Under the pieces are notes generated by a model. That model saw nothing but the letters and a program-made list of their open reading frames with translations, was not told the DNA's origin and ran no database searches. The position numbers were made by a program, and so were the translations under genes. A stretch of 63,824 nt of DNA, counting the filler, from Octopus bimaculoides (Eukaryota), in the NCBI RefSeq assembly GCF_001194135.2. It is 7 parts of 7 records of this genome, joined end to end, with 100 filler letters (N's around TTAATTAATTAA, not from the genome) between each part and the next. Parts side by side here need not be neighbours in the genome. Positions count along the whole stretch, not along the records: positions 24,151 to 51,833 come from NC_068988.1; positions 51,934 to 55,905 come from NW_026315641.1; positions 56,006 to 59,703 come from NC_068983.1; positions 59,804 to 61,398 come from NC_068987.1; positions 61,499 to 62,582 come from NW_026376688.1; 2 more parts are not named here. One strand, 5' to 3'. Of this stretch, positions 48,191 through 61,547 are shown in pieces; positions within the stretch are counted from its first letter, which is position 1, and each line of letters begins with the position of its first letter.

Positions 48191-51100
48191 TCGTAAAAAT
48201 AAATACCGAATGTAGTACATCTACATATTAGTTTTACTTTATCTACAGTCATTTACATCATATTTAGTTTAAACTTATCCGATGGAAGATTTCGCTGCAT
48301 AGAGATCAGACAATTGCATTTGCATCCATTTACTTTCAACTGATCATCAATGAACGCCAATTTTAAAAAGCTCATACAACTCATATATCTCACAAAACTG
48401 CATCCAATACTGAACTTGATTTACCCAAAGAAAATAACTCGAAATGTCTTCACAAATATATTATCTATACCTAAATATATTTAAATCTATCTAATTTATT
48501 ATCTAGAAATTGTACAAAATATCTTAAGATTCATAGTCCACATATGACTAGTGGGTCTATTTTAAAGAAATACCTTGATCAAATTATAGATCTAGTATTC
48601 TTATTTCGAACCTCAGACCTAAGGTCAGTATTAGTTTAACCTCATAGCGGTGTTTGTAGCCGTATCAGGTTTGTAAATCTTCCTCTCACATTCTTTTCAT
48701 TTAATCTAGGATAATAACACTAGCTAAGCCTATATGTACTTTGTCCACATCGAAACAAGTCAGTGGACGGTTCTTGAATAAGATGACATAGAATATTAAC
48801 CAGGTGAAGTTAAATGAATGCAAATGATATTGCTACTTCTACATGCAGCAGAACCATGCGTCGAACAAATTTAAACACATTATGTTGTATAGATGACTGT
48901 AGAAAAAATAGGCAGATGTAACAATCTGCGTATTTATGGTAATTATGCTGGATATACACTCAGTAAAATATTTATAATCTACAGAAGAGTACTCAGTGTT
49001 TACCGACCGGATGAAATAGTAGTGCGATTGGTCACCTTAAGTAACTCTAGGTACTCCTTACAACTCAATGAGACTAGCCATAATACGGTACACAGCTGGA
49101 TGCTTTATTCTTATTTTTTCGTTTCATATATATATATATATATACATATATATATAGATCGCTGACCACTACATTTATATTTTTTTTCTCCTAGATTCTT
49201 CCTGTGTTCCTTTCTGTTGAAGAGCGTAGGCTCGNNNNNNNNNNNNNNNNNNNNNNNNNNNNNNNNNNNNNNNNNNNNNNNNNNNNNNNNNNNNNNNNNN
49301 NNNNNNNNNNNNNNNNNNNNNNNNNNNNNNNNNNNNNNNNNNNNNNNNNNNNNNNNNNNNNNNNNNNNNNNNNNNNNNNNNNNNNNNNNNNNNNNNNNNN
49401 NNNNNNNNNNNNNNNNNNNNNNNNNNNNNNNNNNNNNNNNNNNNNNNNNNNNNNNNNNNNNNNNNNNNNNNNNNNNNNNNNNNNNNNNNNNNNNNNNNNN
49501 NNNNNNNNNNNNNNNNNNNNNNNNNNNNNNNNNNNNNNNNNNNNNNNNNNNNNNNNNNNNNNNNNNNNNNNNNNNNNNNNNNNNNNNNNNNNNNNNNNNN
49601 NNNNNNNNNNNNNNNNNNNNATATATATATATATATGTAAATATATATATATATATACAAACCCATATCCGTATGGGAAATATTAGATGGGGAACATTAG
49701 TAGACGATCTAGAAAGTGTAGTTTCTATTATGCACATTATGATAAATTCGCTAATCTCGGATGAGATTTAATACAATGTTTATCGCACTCTATACAACAT
49801 TAATTATGTGTTGATGACAAACTACCGAGATATTAATAAATCTCTTTATATTATCGTTATAAAATACGAGATGTGTTATTTCACAAAGTAATCAAACCAA
49901 TCATGATGTTTCCAATATCTATATTATGTGATGACAGTAGTATTTTTTCTAACTGTTTAATGCAAATTCACTAGATTCATTATTCATTGCGACACAACAT
50001 GTCTTATTAACAAAGATATTGTTCATTGATATTATTTATTGGAATGTTGGTTATAAAAGTGACATAAAATCTGTTAGAAAATAAATAAATTAATCAAAGA
50101 TATTAGTTAAAACTGAAAGTTATTCAGATATATTCTGTTGTAAAACATGCGGCAGTGAAGCCTGTGTATTCTTGCATCGCCCAACTAATCTAACTGTGAG
50201 TTTAATATCATCATCATCATTTTCTGACATTTTTCTTTTTCGTTTTATACTTATTTGTTTGTTTTGTTTTGTTTTTTGCTTTGACTGAATATTTTTACCG
50301 GGATTTGTATCAGAACACTGGTCGAGGAATAAAATACCTTGTCATACTTATGCCAAATTTGAAGGAGGTGGAATGCGCTATTTGGTCTACTCTTTTGCCA
50401 CATTCTCAACTATTTCTAAGAACATTTCCGTTCAACAGAATGTGTAACATACAGATGATGCCTCGGTAGAGAAAGTCCTTACAATTTCACATGTGAAGTC
50501 CATAAATTAATTCACAATTATTTCAATTAACTTAACAACGAATCAGTGTAGATAATGGAGAAAGTTCTATCAAATATGCTGAACAGGAATAGAATAAATG
50601 GTAATGATATTTATCTCCTAAATATCATAATACTCTACAGCGTCTACTTATTTTGTTTCCTTTTTCTTAACACAACTGGTTATCACACATCTCTTCCACT
50701 GGTATACATATTAGAAAGGAGAGTGCAATACGTTATCAACGCCAAATATATGAAATGTTATTCCAATTTCAGTAGTTTGTCTTTACCTTTCTTTCGAGCA
50801 TGCGTATACAAGAAAGTGGCTGATGTATGATACTTTATTTACCAACATCCTGAGGTCTCTAGAAATTTTATCTGTATTTTTTGCATAGCCTTCACGATCA
50901 CGGTTATATAGGTAATAGCTTAATATTAACAGGAGATAAAATTACCATGTGATTAAATTAAAAAGGCAATTTAATTCGATTTTAAAATATAAGAATACAT
51001 GTGATCGGTTTCACATTAGATATTCAAATATGTATAATATATATAGTGAATGTGTATAGTTGGGAATTATGACCCTTGTTAAATTGTTTGATATAACGTG

Positions 51101-51800
51101 AAAATAAGACTCAGGATTCGAACCGTTAAACTAGTTTCATAGCTCAAAGTACTTGTGTTATGCTGCTGACAGAGACACGTGAGAATATCATATAGATGTT
51201 TTTGCATGTTGGATTTATCACATGGTATTTAGAAAACAATGATGTGAAAATCTTATAATTATTTTATAGACTTTTCTGTCTATCGTTTTATGTGAGGAAT
51301 TATAAAGTCTTGACTTTAATTTAAAGAAAACTCAATAATAGTATATATAGAAATGTTTTGTAGGTTATTATTTATAAATCTGTCGAAGCGCATTATGAAA
51401 TGCAGCTTGCACACTTCCGTTGAACATGTCAAAGCATACACCTTCTTCACTAATACAGTTTGAGCTAAGTACGATAATGTTGTGTCGAGTAAATAATGTA
51501 GATGAGAGCTGCTACACGAACTCTGGTTGTTCCAAGAACGGGTGTAAGTAGTCATACATAATATATTCTACAATAATCAATCTAAGTAAGAATGCCTCTT
51601 AGAAAATTACTGACAATACACCTTTGATGCAAGTCTGATAACAGTGAATCTCTCATGTCAAAAAACGGGAACATTACATACATTTTCAATTCGAAGTTTT
51701 GCGTAAACCGACATTGCAAGCAGGGTTGTTACCGAAACAATTGTAACGAATGATTAAACATGTGTTCAAGGATTTCCTTTATCTTCTTATCTCATCTGTA

Positions 51801-51833
<33 letters not shown>

Positions 51834-51933
51834 NNNNNNNNNNNNNNNNNNNNNNNNNNNNNNNNNNNNNNNNNNNNTTAATTAATTAANNNNNNNNNNN
51901 NNNNNNNNNNNNNNNNNNNNNNNNNNNNNNNNN

Positions 51934-52739
51934 CCAGCAGGCGTCGCTACTGACTATCTGTAGGAAGGTTATTTATCTAATTTTAGTGGAATACATCCAC
52001 TGGTTTTCAGAAATAGTGTTATTAATATTTCTAAGTCTCTCTAAAGGAGACTACGGCAGATGCCATAGAACAAATGCCGCTGTTGATTAGCTCCAAGAGG
52101 CCATTGTCTCTAGCTAGCTATGTGACACACAAACCTGTGTCCATTATAACCTATGAAGAGGGGAGGTCAGTTGCTTTCAGAGCAGCAAGGGGAAATGTTA
52201 TAATGGACACAGGTTCGTGTGTCACATAGCTAGCTAGAGCTGATGGGCTCTTGGAGCTAATCAACGGCGGCATTTGTCCTATTTTCCTGGACTGCCATGT
52301 TAGCTTGGCGATAACTATTAATATCCAGTACCACTCCTGTAGTTTCCTTTAGAGAGACTTAGAAATAATAATATTTCTATTTTTGAAAACCAGTGGATGT
52401 ATTCCATTGAAATAGGTAAATAATGCTTTGCACAGATGGTCAGTAGCGATGCCTGCTGGGTTCGGCTGCTCTACATTGATAAGGGGCAAATACCTTGAAA
52501 CTAGCCTGTAGATGCCACACCAGCAAGGGGAAGCAGCTGACCTCCCCCTGTTCAAAGGTTATAATGGACACAGATTTGTGTCACGTAGCTAGCTAGAGGC
52601 GATGGCCTCTTGGAGCTAATCAACGGTAGCATTCATCCTATTTTCCTGGACTGCCATGTTAGCTTGGCGATAACTATTAATATCCAGTACCGGTGCCGTA
52701 GTCTCGTTTAGAGAGACTTAGAAATATTAATATTTCTAT
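51934..52739. repeat. Three copies of a ~220-260-bp unit arranged forward, inverted, inverted
   Basis: 51934-52150 pairs with 52197-52459; 52521-52739 is a direct repeat of the second arm. Confidence 0.92.
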
Positions 52740-52989
52740 GTATATATATATATACATATATATTTATATATAAAATACATGTTTATATATATACATGTAT
52801 ATATTATTGTGTCTGATAAGAATCATTCTTATTACCTAAGACTCTGACATGTTCGATTTCCTTTCATTTACTTATTTATTTTTTCTAAAATTTTGGTTGT
52901 GTCTTGCAACCTCTTTAAAAATCATCAATTCTGAGATTCCATCATCGATTCTATTAAAAAAATAATAATTAAGTGGTAAAATGTCCATG

Positions 52990-53640
52990 AAGAAGCTTTC
53001 TTGACAGACACCAAAATCATGTAGCATACATTGATGTCACCTTACATTGTATGTGAATATTGTTAGACAGCAATATAATATTCATTGGAGCATTCATTTG
53101 CATTAATTCTCCTTAGTTGTGTTAGCTGGGCACAATGTTTGTGTGAGCTAACCATGTAATGCTCATATTTTTTTTTTCATTTGGAGGGGTGTTCATGCAT
53201 ATTGTCTGTGTTTCTCTTTCCAATCTTGACAAAATGTAGATCCTCTGCTTCTCTTTCTAACATTTAATTTTGGAGAGAATTTTTTGATGAAGTGTTGTGT
53301 TGAAGTGTTTTTCTATGAAGTGTGTTTTGATGAAAAGGAATGGAGCTTCTATATATGATCACATGGGTAGTACTGTGGAAAGATGCCTTGGATCTGTTAT
53401 TATTTACTCAAGTGGCGTTGCTGAGGATTGAATTATTGCTACTAAGAGGGTTAAGGTGGGATGCAGTGGACAAGTTGCAGGTTTCAAGGACTGGCATTGG
53501 TGTAGTTTGCGTCTGTTAGAGGAAGTGATTATGGATCCCAAATTAAGTGTAGTGGAATAGGGGATTGTAGCTGATGATTTATTTAATTTAAAGTAGTATT
53601 TTTGCTGTGGTGGAAAGTTAGAGTTTAGGATTTTTAAGAA
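52990..53640 (-). mobile_element. Old PLE linker/GIY-YIG remnant
   Basis: NFPPQQKYYFKLNKSSATIPYSTTLNLGSIITSSNRRKL..TCPL resembles the PLE RT-EN linker (HFP..KIFN..SYS..N..II..HN.KI..CPL). Confidence 0.5.
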
Positions 53641-55255
53641 AATCAGCAACACCAACACCAACACCAACAGCAGCACCAGCAAAAGTAGCACTATCAACAT
53701 CAAGAGAAGCAGCAATATATGAAAATACTTTAAATGTTCCTTCAAGCAGCACCTCTGTAACCACAGGTCCTCATTCAGGATCCCAGAGACAATACATCAC
53801 GTCTTGGCCAGTCATGTGTGGTGCCTGATGGATAAAGGGACTCAACATGTAATATGGAAAATCCAAAAATAACTGGGAACAAATGTTGCAAGCTATGCAT
53901 AGCTGAACAAACAGAGAATATTAAAAAAACTCAGTTCTTAAATTCTAGGAGGGAAGTCTTCGGACCTTGCTTACACTTCAAGAGATTCCTACTTAAATCC
54001 TAGAACTTACGAGCCGACCACATCAACTACGGATAGCGGTCTAAGGGAGACAATCCCTTACGCTTAACTGCGTTCAACAAGTGGCCACGAAACCTTTTCT
54101 CCCTCCGCTTTGAAGAGAGGTTGTAGGCCGCCAAGCGCTCTATGGACGTAAAATCAAGGGTAACACAATCGACCGACCATAACTATCTTTATCTAATTAC
54201 CCTACTGCTCTATAACTTTCGGATTTATGATTAACACATAAAGCTCGAACGTATCATAGCTAAAACAATATTTGTTACATTGCTTGTAATAAAACATAGA
54301 AGCAGCTTATCTAATCTCCAGGTCCTGTAAGTTGTTTACTATGTTGCATGGTGATGAATAAGTGAATCATTGAACTGGCCACACATTGTGAATTGTATCT
54401 CTCTCTTTCTTACTGTGTGTGTGTGTGTGTGCGCGCGCGTATGTATTAGTAAAATTATACAAGAGATGAAGGAGAGGAATAAGGAAGTAACTGTGTATAA
54501 ACAGAAAGAGGAACCACCAAGGAAAGAAAATGTGAATGATTGACAGGCAATGTAAAATGAAGGAGGGGCCAAAATGGATGGGCGTGTTGGGTTTGAAGTT
54601 TTTCTGATGTTGAAATGGTAAATGTAGCAATGAAAGGAAAGATTGTGGAATGTATGTGACTGAGTGTGCGTGACTGCGTTGAAGCTAATTGAATACACAC
54701 TTACGCACGCGCGCGCGCACACACAAAGGAGAGTACAATAAAAGGAAGAGAAAAGTGGTAGTGGTGGATAAGGACCTAATCTATCGTGTATGTAAGTAAA
54801 ATATGATTTCTGATATATTTAAAACTTCGGAAGTTTTAAAATTTCTTGTGGGACTGAACAGCACATAATACATTCTCACTTCTGCTATTCATTCATACAT
54901 GCATTCACGTACACACACATACTTTATATGTATGTATGTATGTATGCAGACAGACATACATGAAAAGAAGTTTGGGACTTATTTTTCATATCAACAGTTT
55001 CAGTGCATTGCCCATAAAGCAAAGGCTGGATATACTTAACGTTGACACGTTTGCCCCAGTTTGTACTCGCTAGCACCAGTTGCCACCTCTTCCCCAGCAA
55101 ACAATCTTTGTAACTAATTATTATTCGAAACCCATTACTAACCATCACAAGCAGATGGCTAATGCTAGTGGTCTCAGAACAGACAGTCAGTACGCCTGCC
55201 AAGCTTTTGCAAAACCTATATTTCTCAAGTAGGTGAGATGTTTTCTTATTCGGTG

Positions 55256-55293
<38 letters not shown>

Positions 55294-55297
55294 TCTA

Positions 55298-55626
55298 TTA
55301 AAAATGGGAAAGGGCAATTTATGGAATTACCTTAGGTTTCCTGTCCATAAAGGGTTTTAGCTTTACGGCGTTTCGTCAGATCCCCAAAACCTGTTAGCTC
55401 ATGACCTCTTAACAATGTGGAGGGGACGTTTAGCTTTATGGCCTATCGTCAGATCCCCAAAACCTATAGGCCCATGACGTCTTAAAAATATGAAGGGGGA
55501 AGTGCCATATTTTTTAAGAGGTCATGGGCCAAAATGTTTTTGGGATCTGACGATACAACATAAAGCTAGACCCTTTATGGACGGGAAACCTAAGGTAACC
55601 CCATTAACCAACCTTCCCTATTTCTG
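55298..55626. mobile_element. MITE-like element with ~90-120-bp imperfect TIRs and an extra internal copy of the sub-terminal module
   Basis: taccttaggtttcctgtccataaaggg (55328) versus ccctttatggacgggaaacctaaggta (55571-55597); module tagcttta..tcgtcagatccccaaaac at about 55358 and 55430, inverted at about 55530-55568. Confidence 0.75.
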
Positions 55627-55786
55627 ATATATACTGCTCTACATCTTAGTGTGTGCTTCTTTTGGATTTATGTATTTTACAAACGATATCTATACATATA
55701 CACTCAGTAGCATGTATAGATAGTTGTGTCTACATAAGATCAATGTGTTTTATATACACACACATACATATATATATATACATACA

Positions 55787-55827
<41 letters not shown>

Positions 55828-57849
55828 TTATTTATTTATTTATTTATTTATGTGTTTCAGCCAAGTGGCTGCGGTCATGTTGGTGCACCACCGTATATAT
55901 ATATANNNNNNNNNNNNNNNNNNNNNNNNNNNNNNNNNNNNNNNNNNNNTTAATTAATTAANNNNNNNNNNNNNNNNNNNNNNNNNNNNNNNNNNNNNNN
56001 NNNNNTATATATATATATGTATATATATACAGTCATAAATGCAAATAAATATTATACATGAATGCATAAGCATTTCTATATTTCTTTCAGTATATATGCT
56101 TTCTGGCGTATGTGTGTGTGTGTGTGTGTGCTTGTGTATGTGCGTATGCGCGCGTGTTTATGAATGCGTTCGTTTTTCATTATTCTGTACACGTATGAAG
56201 TTGATTTCAGTGATGTTAAAAAGGGCTCCTCATTTGTCATAATTGATTAAACTAGTCGTATGATATATATTTATCCCATGCCATTATCACACGCATTTTA
56301 TATCTCAAATGTATCTTCATTTGATTAATTCTGTCTGCTGCCTTTCGAAGTGAAAGCTTTCCGAGATGTAATAGAGATACATAATTGGTTATTGCTTGTT
56401 TCCAGTGTATACGCGTGCGTATATATTTAGCAATATGAACGCTTTTATTGTATATCAGTGTATACGACAGATTATAGAAAGGCGTTTTGACAGCAGTAGA
56501 ATATAATTATTATGAGCAATTATTCAGAATAGATAATAATCCTGCATTCCCGATTTCAACTGACTGATTTCACAGTTTCCATTCTTTGGAGGTGTTACGT
56601 TTTATCCCTAGGCGAAAATTTCAGCTATGTTTGTCAAAACCTGCCAGCTTATTTATGAAAAAGGGTGTTATTTCAACGAGAAGTGATAAGATCCTGTTGA
56701 ACTGTTTGCTGCATGTCGTTTTCCGTTGGAATAAATTCATGATATGCACACCCTAGCCACTTTTAGTAATTTGAATTTTGTCTGCAATTTCATACGTAAG
56801 CTAGTAATTGCTTTTATAATTATAATAACGGCAAAGTTTTATGTGGGGAATAAATGAAATGATTGCTCTATGAATAGGATCAGATATATATCGTGATTTT
56901 CCATATACTAGGAAATTATTAAATATTACGAAACAGGGTGGAGGGTCTGGAGGCCTTTCTTGCTATGTTGAACCAATACCTTCAACTTTCAGTGCTAGAT
57001 ATAGAAAGCGCCAACATAGATATATTTTAAATACGAAGAAAGCCTCAGGAAACCCCATGTAGTTCTGAGAGATAATTTTAAGAGGCTAAATCTACTTTCA
57101 TGCTGTTGTTAAAGAGTATTATAGAGGAATTTTGATAAGCGTTCATGCTTATAATTGAAGTTATATTTTTAAATATAATTCCTACAAGTGTTTATAAACA
57201 TTTTGATGCTTAATCCTTTAATTCGTCGGTATTTTAAATACATGACGGTAAGTGCCTACGCCAATTCAAACAGTTTTAGTTCTTACACAACTAGACTCAA
57301 CAAAACTTAAGCACATTGTTATATTTCACCTGTCATAATCATTTTATGAATATCCGAATAGTTCATGTGACACGGAGTCCATATAGTCTTCTGTAACAAC
57401 ATAATATACTTATGTTACTATCTTTCTGGTGTATTATTCTTTTTGCACCGAGGAGAATGGTAATATGTAATTAAATTAATTTAATTATAATTATAATTAG
57501 TTTAATTTTTTCCATCGTAAGCATGCTTTAAAGTTTTATAAAACATTTGACATCTTCTATTCTCCATCTTTAAGTGTTTGTTGAGTTTATTTACGTGTTC
57601 TATAAATGCTAACACACCTTTTATATATATATATTATTAAGGTGGCTTATTCGCAATTTACAACCAAATGACATATATAAGGAAGTATTGTAACCACGGA
57701 GATGTACCTGCGCCTTCTGTTACTATAATTATCAAGAATTGTAATTGTATTCATACATTATCTTTTTCTCTATAATAATTTATATAATGATTACTGCTCA
57801 TACTTAAGTTTGCGGAAAACATATATGTATATGTGTGTATGTGTGTGTC

Positions 57850-58155
57850 TGTGAAGGTGAAAAGCTCAGTGGTTAGAGCATCGAGCTTACAATCACAAGG
57901 AATTGACTTCAATTCTTGAACGGGTTTGTTCTGTGTTCTTGAGCACTGTATTTCCTTTAAGCTCCAATTCAGTAAGCCGTAGAAATGCGTTGGCCTTATT
58001 TTATGGTGTGTTGGACAACATTGGCGGTGTGGAGAGAGAAGTGTAATGCATAGGCGGCTGCTGGTCTTCCACGAACAATCTTGCTCGGACTTCTGCCACG
58101 GAGGTTAAGTTTCTAAGTGCAATCCCATGATTATTCATGAACTAAGTGAGGAGTC
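57850..58155 (+). mobile_element. tRNA-derived CORE-type SINE, decayed
   Basis: Box A agctcagtggttagagc, degenerate Box B, CORE-like tgtgttcttgagca. Confidence 0.65.
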
Positions 58156-58157
58156 TT

Positions 58158-58209
<52 letters not shown>

Positions 58210-59279
58210 CAAACACCATCCTATATATAGCCAAAACGCATAACCACGCAGACTTAATAAAACGTTGGAATATTTTATCCACCTTCAACTATTAGAAATT
58301 AATTATATTTCTGAATCATTCATTTCACATCAGCCTCTGAATATATACGAAGATTATAATTTTGTGAAAGTAAAAGTACTAAAAATTCTCATTTCAGGAA
58401 AAGCTATTAAATTGCAATAGAAATTACCATGTTCTACTGTAAATTTGAGATTGTAATTTTAAAACATCGTGCTATACTATTACTCCAATATTAAAAGCGT
58501 ATCAATTAAATTAGAATAGGCGCTAGGTGTAATTTCTGATGTATTCTTAAAACTGTTATTTTACCCCAGAAATAAAACTTTATTAAAATACACGCAACCA
58601 TTATTTCGCATCGATATCCTTTCAGCGGAGATAATATTTATATTAGCAGGTACTGCTGATGAGGTTCTGCTCGCTTAAGGCTAACTGTTTGATTAATTTT
58701 CAGACATTATCTTGTTAACATTGATAACAAAAGATTAAACATTTTTACCGAAAATTTCGTAAAACAATTTTCTAAAGATTTATTGTTAAATTATAGCTAG
58801 AAGAATAATAAATCTCAATATTATTGGTAACACTTGAAATTGCATATCCAATTTATTAATTCCAATAGGATAAAAAATAAATAAAGAAAGAATAAAATAG
58901 CTTTTCGAATAAAAACATTTCTTTATCTGGCAATTCTTATCGAGATAATGGAAATTGGAATATATAGATTGATTAATAAATAAGTACAAAAAGCTTCCAG
59001 CGTTATATAATAATGGAGAATAGTTATGATGAAAAGAATAATGTTTATGTAATATATATTATCGTAGGATACTTTAAGACTCAGGAGATATTTGCAGTAA
59101 TTTAAATGCTTTTTTTTTTTTAAAAAGAAATGAATATTCCAATTGGGTTTCTTATCAGCATGTCTGCAATAAATTAAAAAAACACGCACATACGAACGAA
59201 CACACACACTGAAATAAACATACATACAGAAACATACGCGCAGGTAAAGGCATAGCAACGTATATATGCACCTATCTAT

Positions 59280-59341
<62 letters not shown>

Positions 59342-59363
59342 ACGTAAATGCGTGTGTATGTAC

Positions 59364-59397
<34 letters not shown>

Positions 59398-59508
59398 GTG
59401 TACACAATCATACAGGTGGTGCGCGCGCCTACGTTTTCACAAGTATAAATGAAAGTGAAGAGAGTGACAGAGACAAATATAGAAGATACAAACGTAGAGA
59501 AATAGATG

Positions 59509-59569
<61 letters not shown>

Positions 59570-59843
59570 ATAGACGGATGGATATCGATACATCGGCATC
59601 TCGTCGATAACGAGTTTTTTTTGTTGTAACGAACTTCTATGAAACTCTGTGTCCCTTCTTTTCGTTTCGTAAAAGCTGGTAAGATTTACAATATTTCAGT
59701 TTCNNNNNNNNNNNNNNNNNNNNNNNNNNNNNNNNNNNNNNNNNNNNTTAATTAATTAANNNNNNNNNNNNNNNNNNNNNNNNNNNNNNNNNNNNNNNNN
59801 NNNTGTGTATATATATGTATATATTTATGGATGGATGTAGCAG

Positions 59844-60120
59844 ATGAGTCTAATAGAGGGTTTGGTCTTCAGGAACTGGATCGCCGCACTGTATTGCGAC
59901 ATCCGTTCAGTGATTAGAGTTATCTTCCACCTTTTACAACCATTGGATATCAAGCGCTCAGTCAGTCAGCATTGTCCCTTTTCATTTTTTCTGTACATAT
60001 TGACTCTTGCGTCATTACTACGGAAACTAAAGGGACTGAGAAGCATTCAGAGGGAACTACAGTACGGAAAGCTTTTACTGGTATATGCAGACGACATCAC
60101 CGTAATATTGTCACGTTCGC
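59844..60120 (+). mobile_element. L1/Tx1-clade RT fragment
   Basis: WIAALYCDIRSVI..KRSVSQHCPFS (RQGCPLS-like)..VYADDITV. Confidence 0.8.
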
Positions 60121-60489
60121 CTTTTAAATCTCACCGATGACCTTTGACTATTCGAAATTGAAATTCGAGTCAAGGCAAACATTTCAATTTTGCATTTAAC
60201 TTCAAATAGAACCTCGGTTTATTTGGTAGAGTCTGTGGATCGTATCGAGTTAAGCAATTTATTGAGGTCAGTTACATAGCTTTTCAAACTAACATGCGAT
60301 ATGTCGTTTTGTCTATGTCTATTACTTCGATATCATAAATATTTAAACGTTTCTGACAGATATTATATTTCTTCTGTGTAGCTACGTCACTGATTCAGTG
60401 TGATTTCTGTCAGCTTAAGTTGGACTTCAGAAATGACAGATTTCACATAAATTCAAAGATATGTGTTATTAAAAAAAAAAATACCTACC

Positions 60490-60508
60490 ACTGTTGTTGT
60501 AGTTGTTA

Positions 60509-60577
<69 letters not shown>

Positions 60578-60610
60578 GTGAGGATGATGATGGTGATGAT
60601 GATGATGATG
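60490..60610. repeat. Compound trinucleotide microsatellite (GTT/GTA)n(GCT)n(GAT)n
   Basis: Direct reading. Confidence 0.9.
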
Positions 60611-61119
60611 AAGTTCTTGTTTTTTTCTGCACATTATCATTTATAACATTAAAATGTGTCGCTGTGAGAATTAAGATTTTGAGAAAACTACACTGATTAC
60701 AATATTGGTGAAGAGCAGCCAGAAGAAGCTGAATTCTTAATTGTATAGCACAAATAATTAATTATCTTGAATCCAGGAAAAATGTCACAAGCAAAAAAAT
60801 TATCAGAAAAGTTACACGAAAAAAATTAACGTACACAACACGTTATGTCTTTAACTTTTATCTGATACTTGTTTCAATGATTGTATTGCGGCCACGCTGG
60901 GGTACCGCATCGAAGACATCTGGCCGGTTGTGTTTTAAATAAGTGGATATTCTACCAATAGTCTTTTGACTTGTCGGACTCAATATAGTCAACTTCGTCA
61001 GTAAGTGTTTTCCTCTTTGTTATTCACTTTTCCAGTTCTATATTTAACAGATGAGGAATTATGTACATTGTTTATATTTGACGGATATTTGTCCTCATCT
61101 TGTTTGTTGTTAACACAAC

Positions 61120-61153
61120 GTTTCGGTTGATATACTCTCCTGCCTTCATTAGG
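61120..61153 (-). other. Degenerate hammerhead-like motif of the type found in PLE pseudo-LTRs
   Basis: CCTAATGAAGGCAGGAGAGTATATCAACCGAAAC: CTGATGA mutated to CTAATGA, imperfect stem II, then GAAAC and the gttgt-gtta-acaac hairpin. Confidence 0.4.
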
Positions 61154-61204
61154 TATCTTGGAGAAATTTCGAACCTGGGTTCTCATTCCTAAGGTATTTG
61201 TCGA

Positions 61205-61268
<64 letters not shown>
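61205..61268. repeat. (TAT)n microsatellite
   Basis: Direct reading. Confidence 0.95.
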
Positions 61269-61398
61269 GTTCAGTAGTTTTATTTTTATAACGTGCTTTC
61301 ACTTCACTACCGAGCGCAGCTCTGTGCGCCTTGGGTATATGCTGTGGTTTGCTGTGGTGCTCTTATGGTTACTGTATTGAAAGTGTTTTGCGTAGGAT
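61269..61398 (-). mobile_element. 3' end of a Dong/R4-like LINE abutting (TAA)n
   Basis: Minus strand ends an ORF with ILRKTLSIQ*, has a short 3' UTR and runs directly into (AAT)n; Dong elements are known to target TAA repeats. Confidence 0.6.
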
Positions 61399-61498
61399 NN
61401 NNNNNNNNNNNNNNNNNNNNNNNNNNNNNNNNNNNNNNNNNNTTAATTAATTAANNNNNNNNNNNNNNNNNNNNNNNNNNNNNNNNNNNNNNNNNNNN

Positions 61499-61547
61499 GT
61501 CCAACCCATGCTAGCATGAAAAGCGGACGTTAAACGATGATGATGAT
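61499..61547 (+). mobile_element. RTE 3' terminus with (GAT)n tail
   Basis: gtccaacccatgctagcatgaaaagcggacgttaaacgatgatgatgat is the reverse complement of the 16945-16990 region. Confidence 0.88.

Noticed and set aside
53960-54200. GC-richer stretch as a possible LINE C-terminal fragment
   Set aside because: Translations contain stops and no motif I could match with confidence.
54924-55286. 120-aa minus-strand ORF and nearby donor-like sites
   Set aside because: Start and donor are supplied by (TG)n and (TATG)n repeats; no recognisable motif.
60463-60696. Poly-Val/Ala/Asp ORF (and poly-Leu ORF 61198-61380)
   Set aside because: Pure trinucleotide microsatellites with no flanking coding signal.
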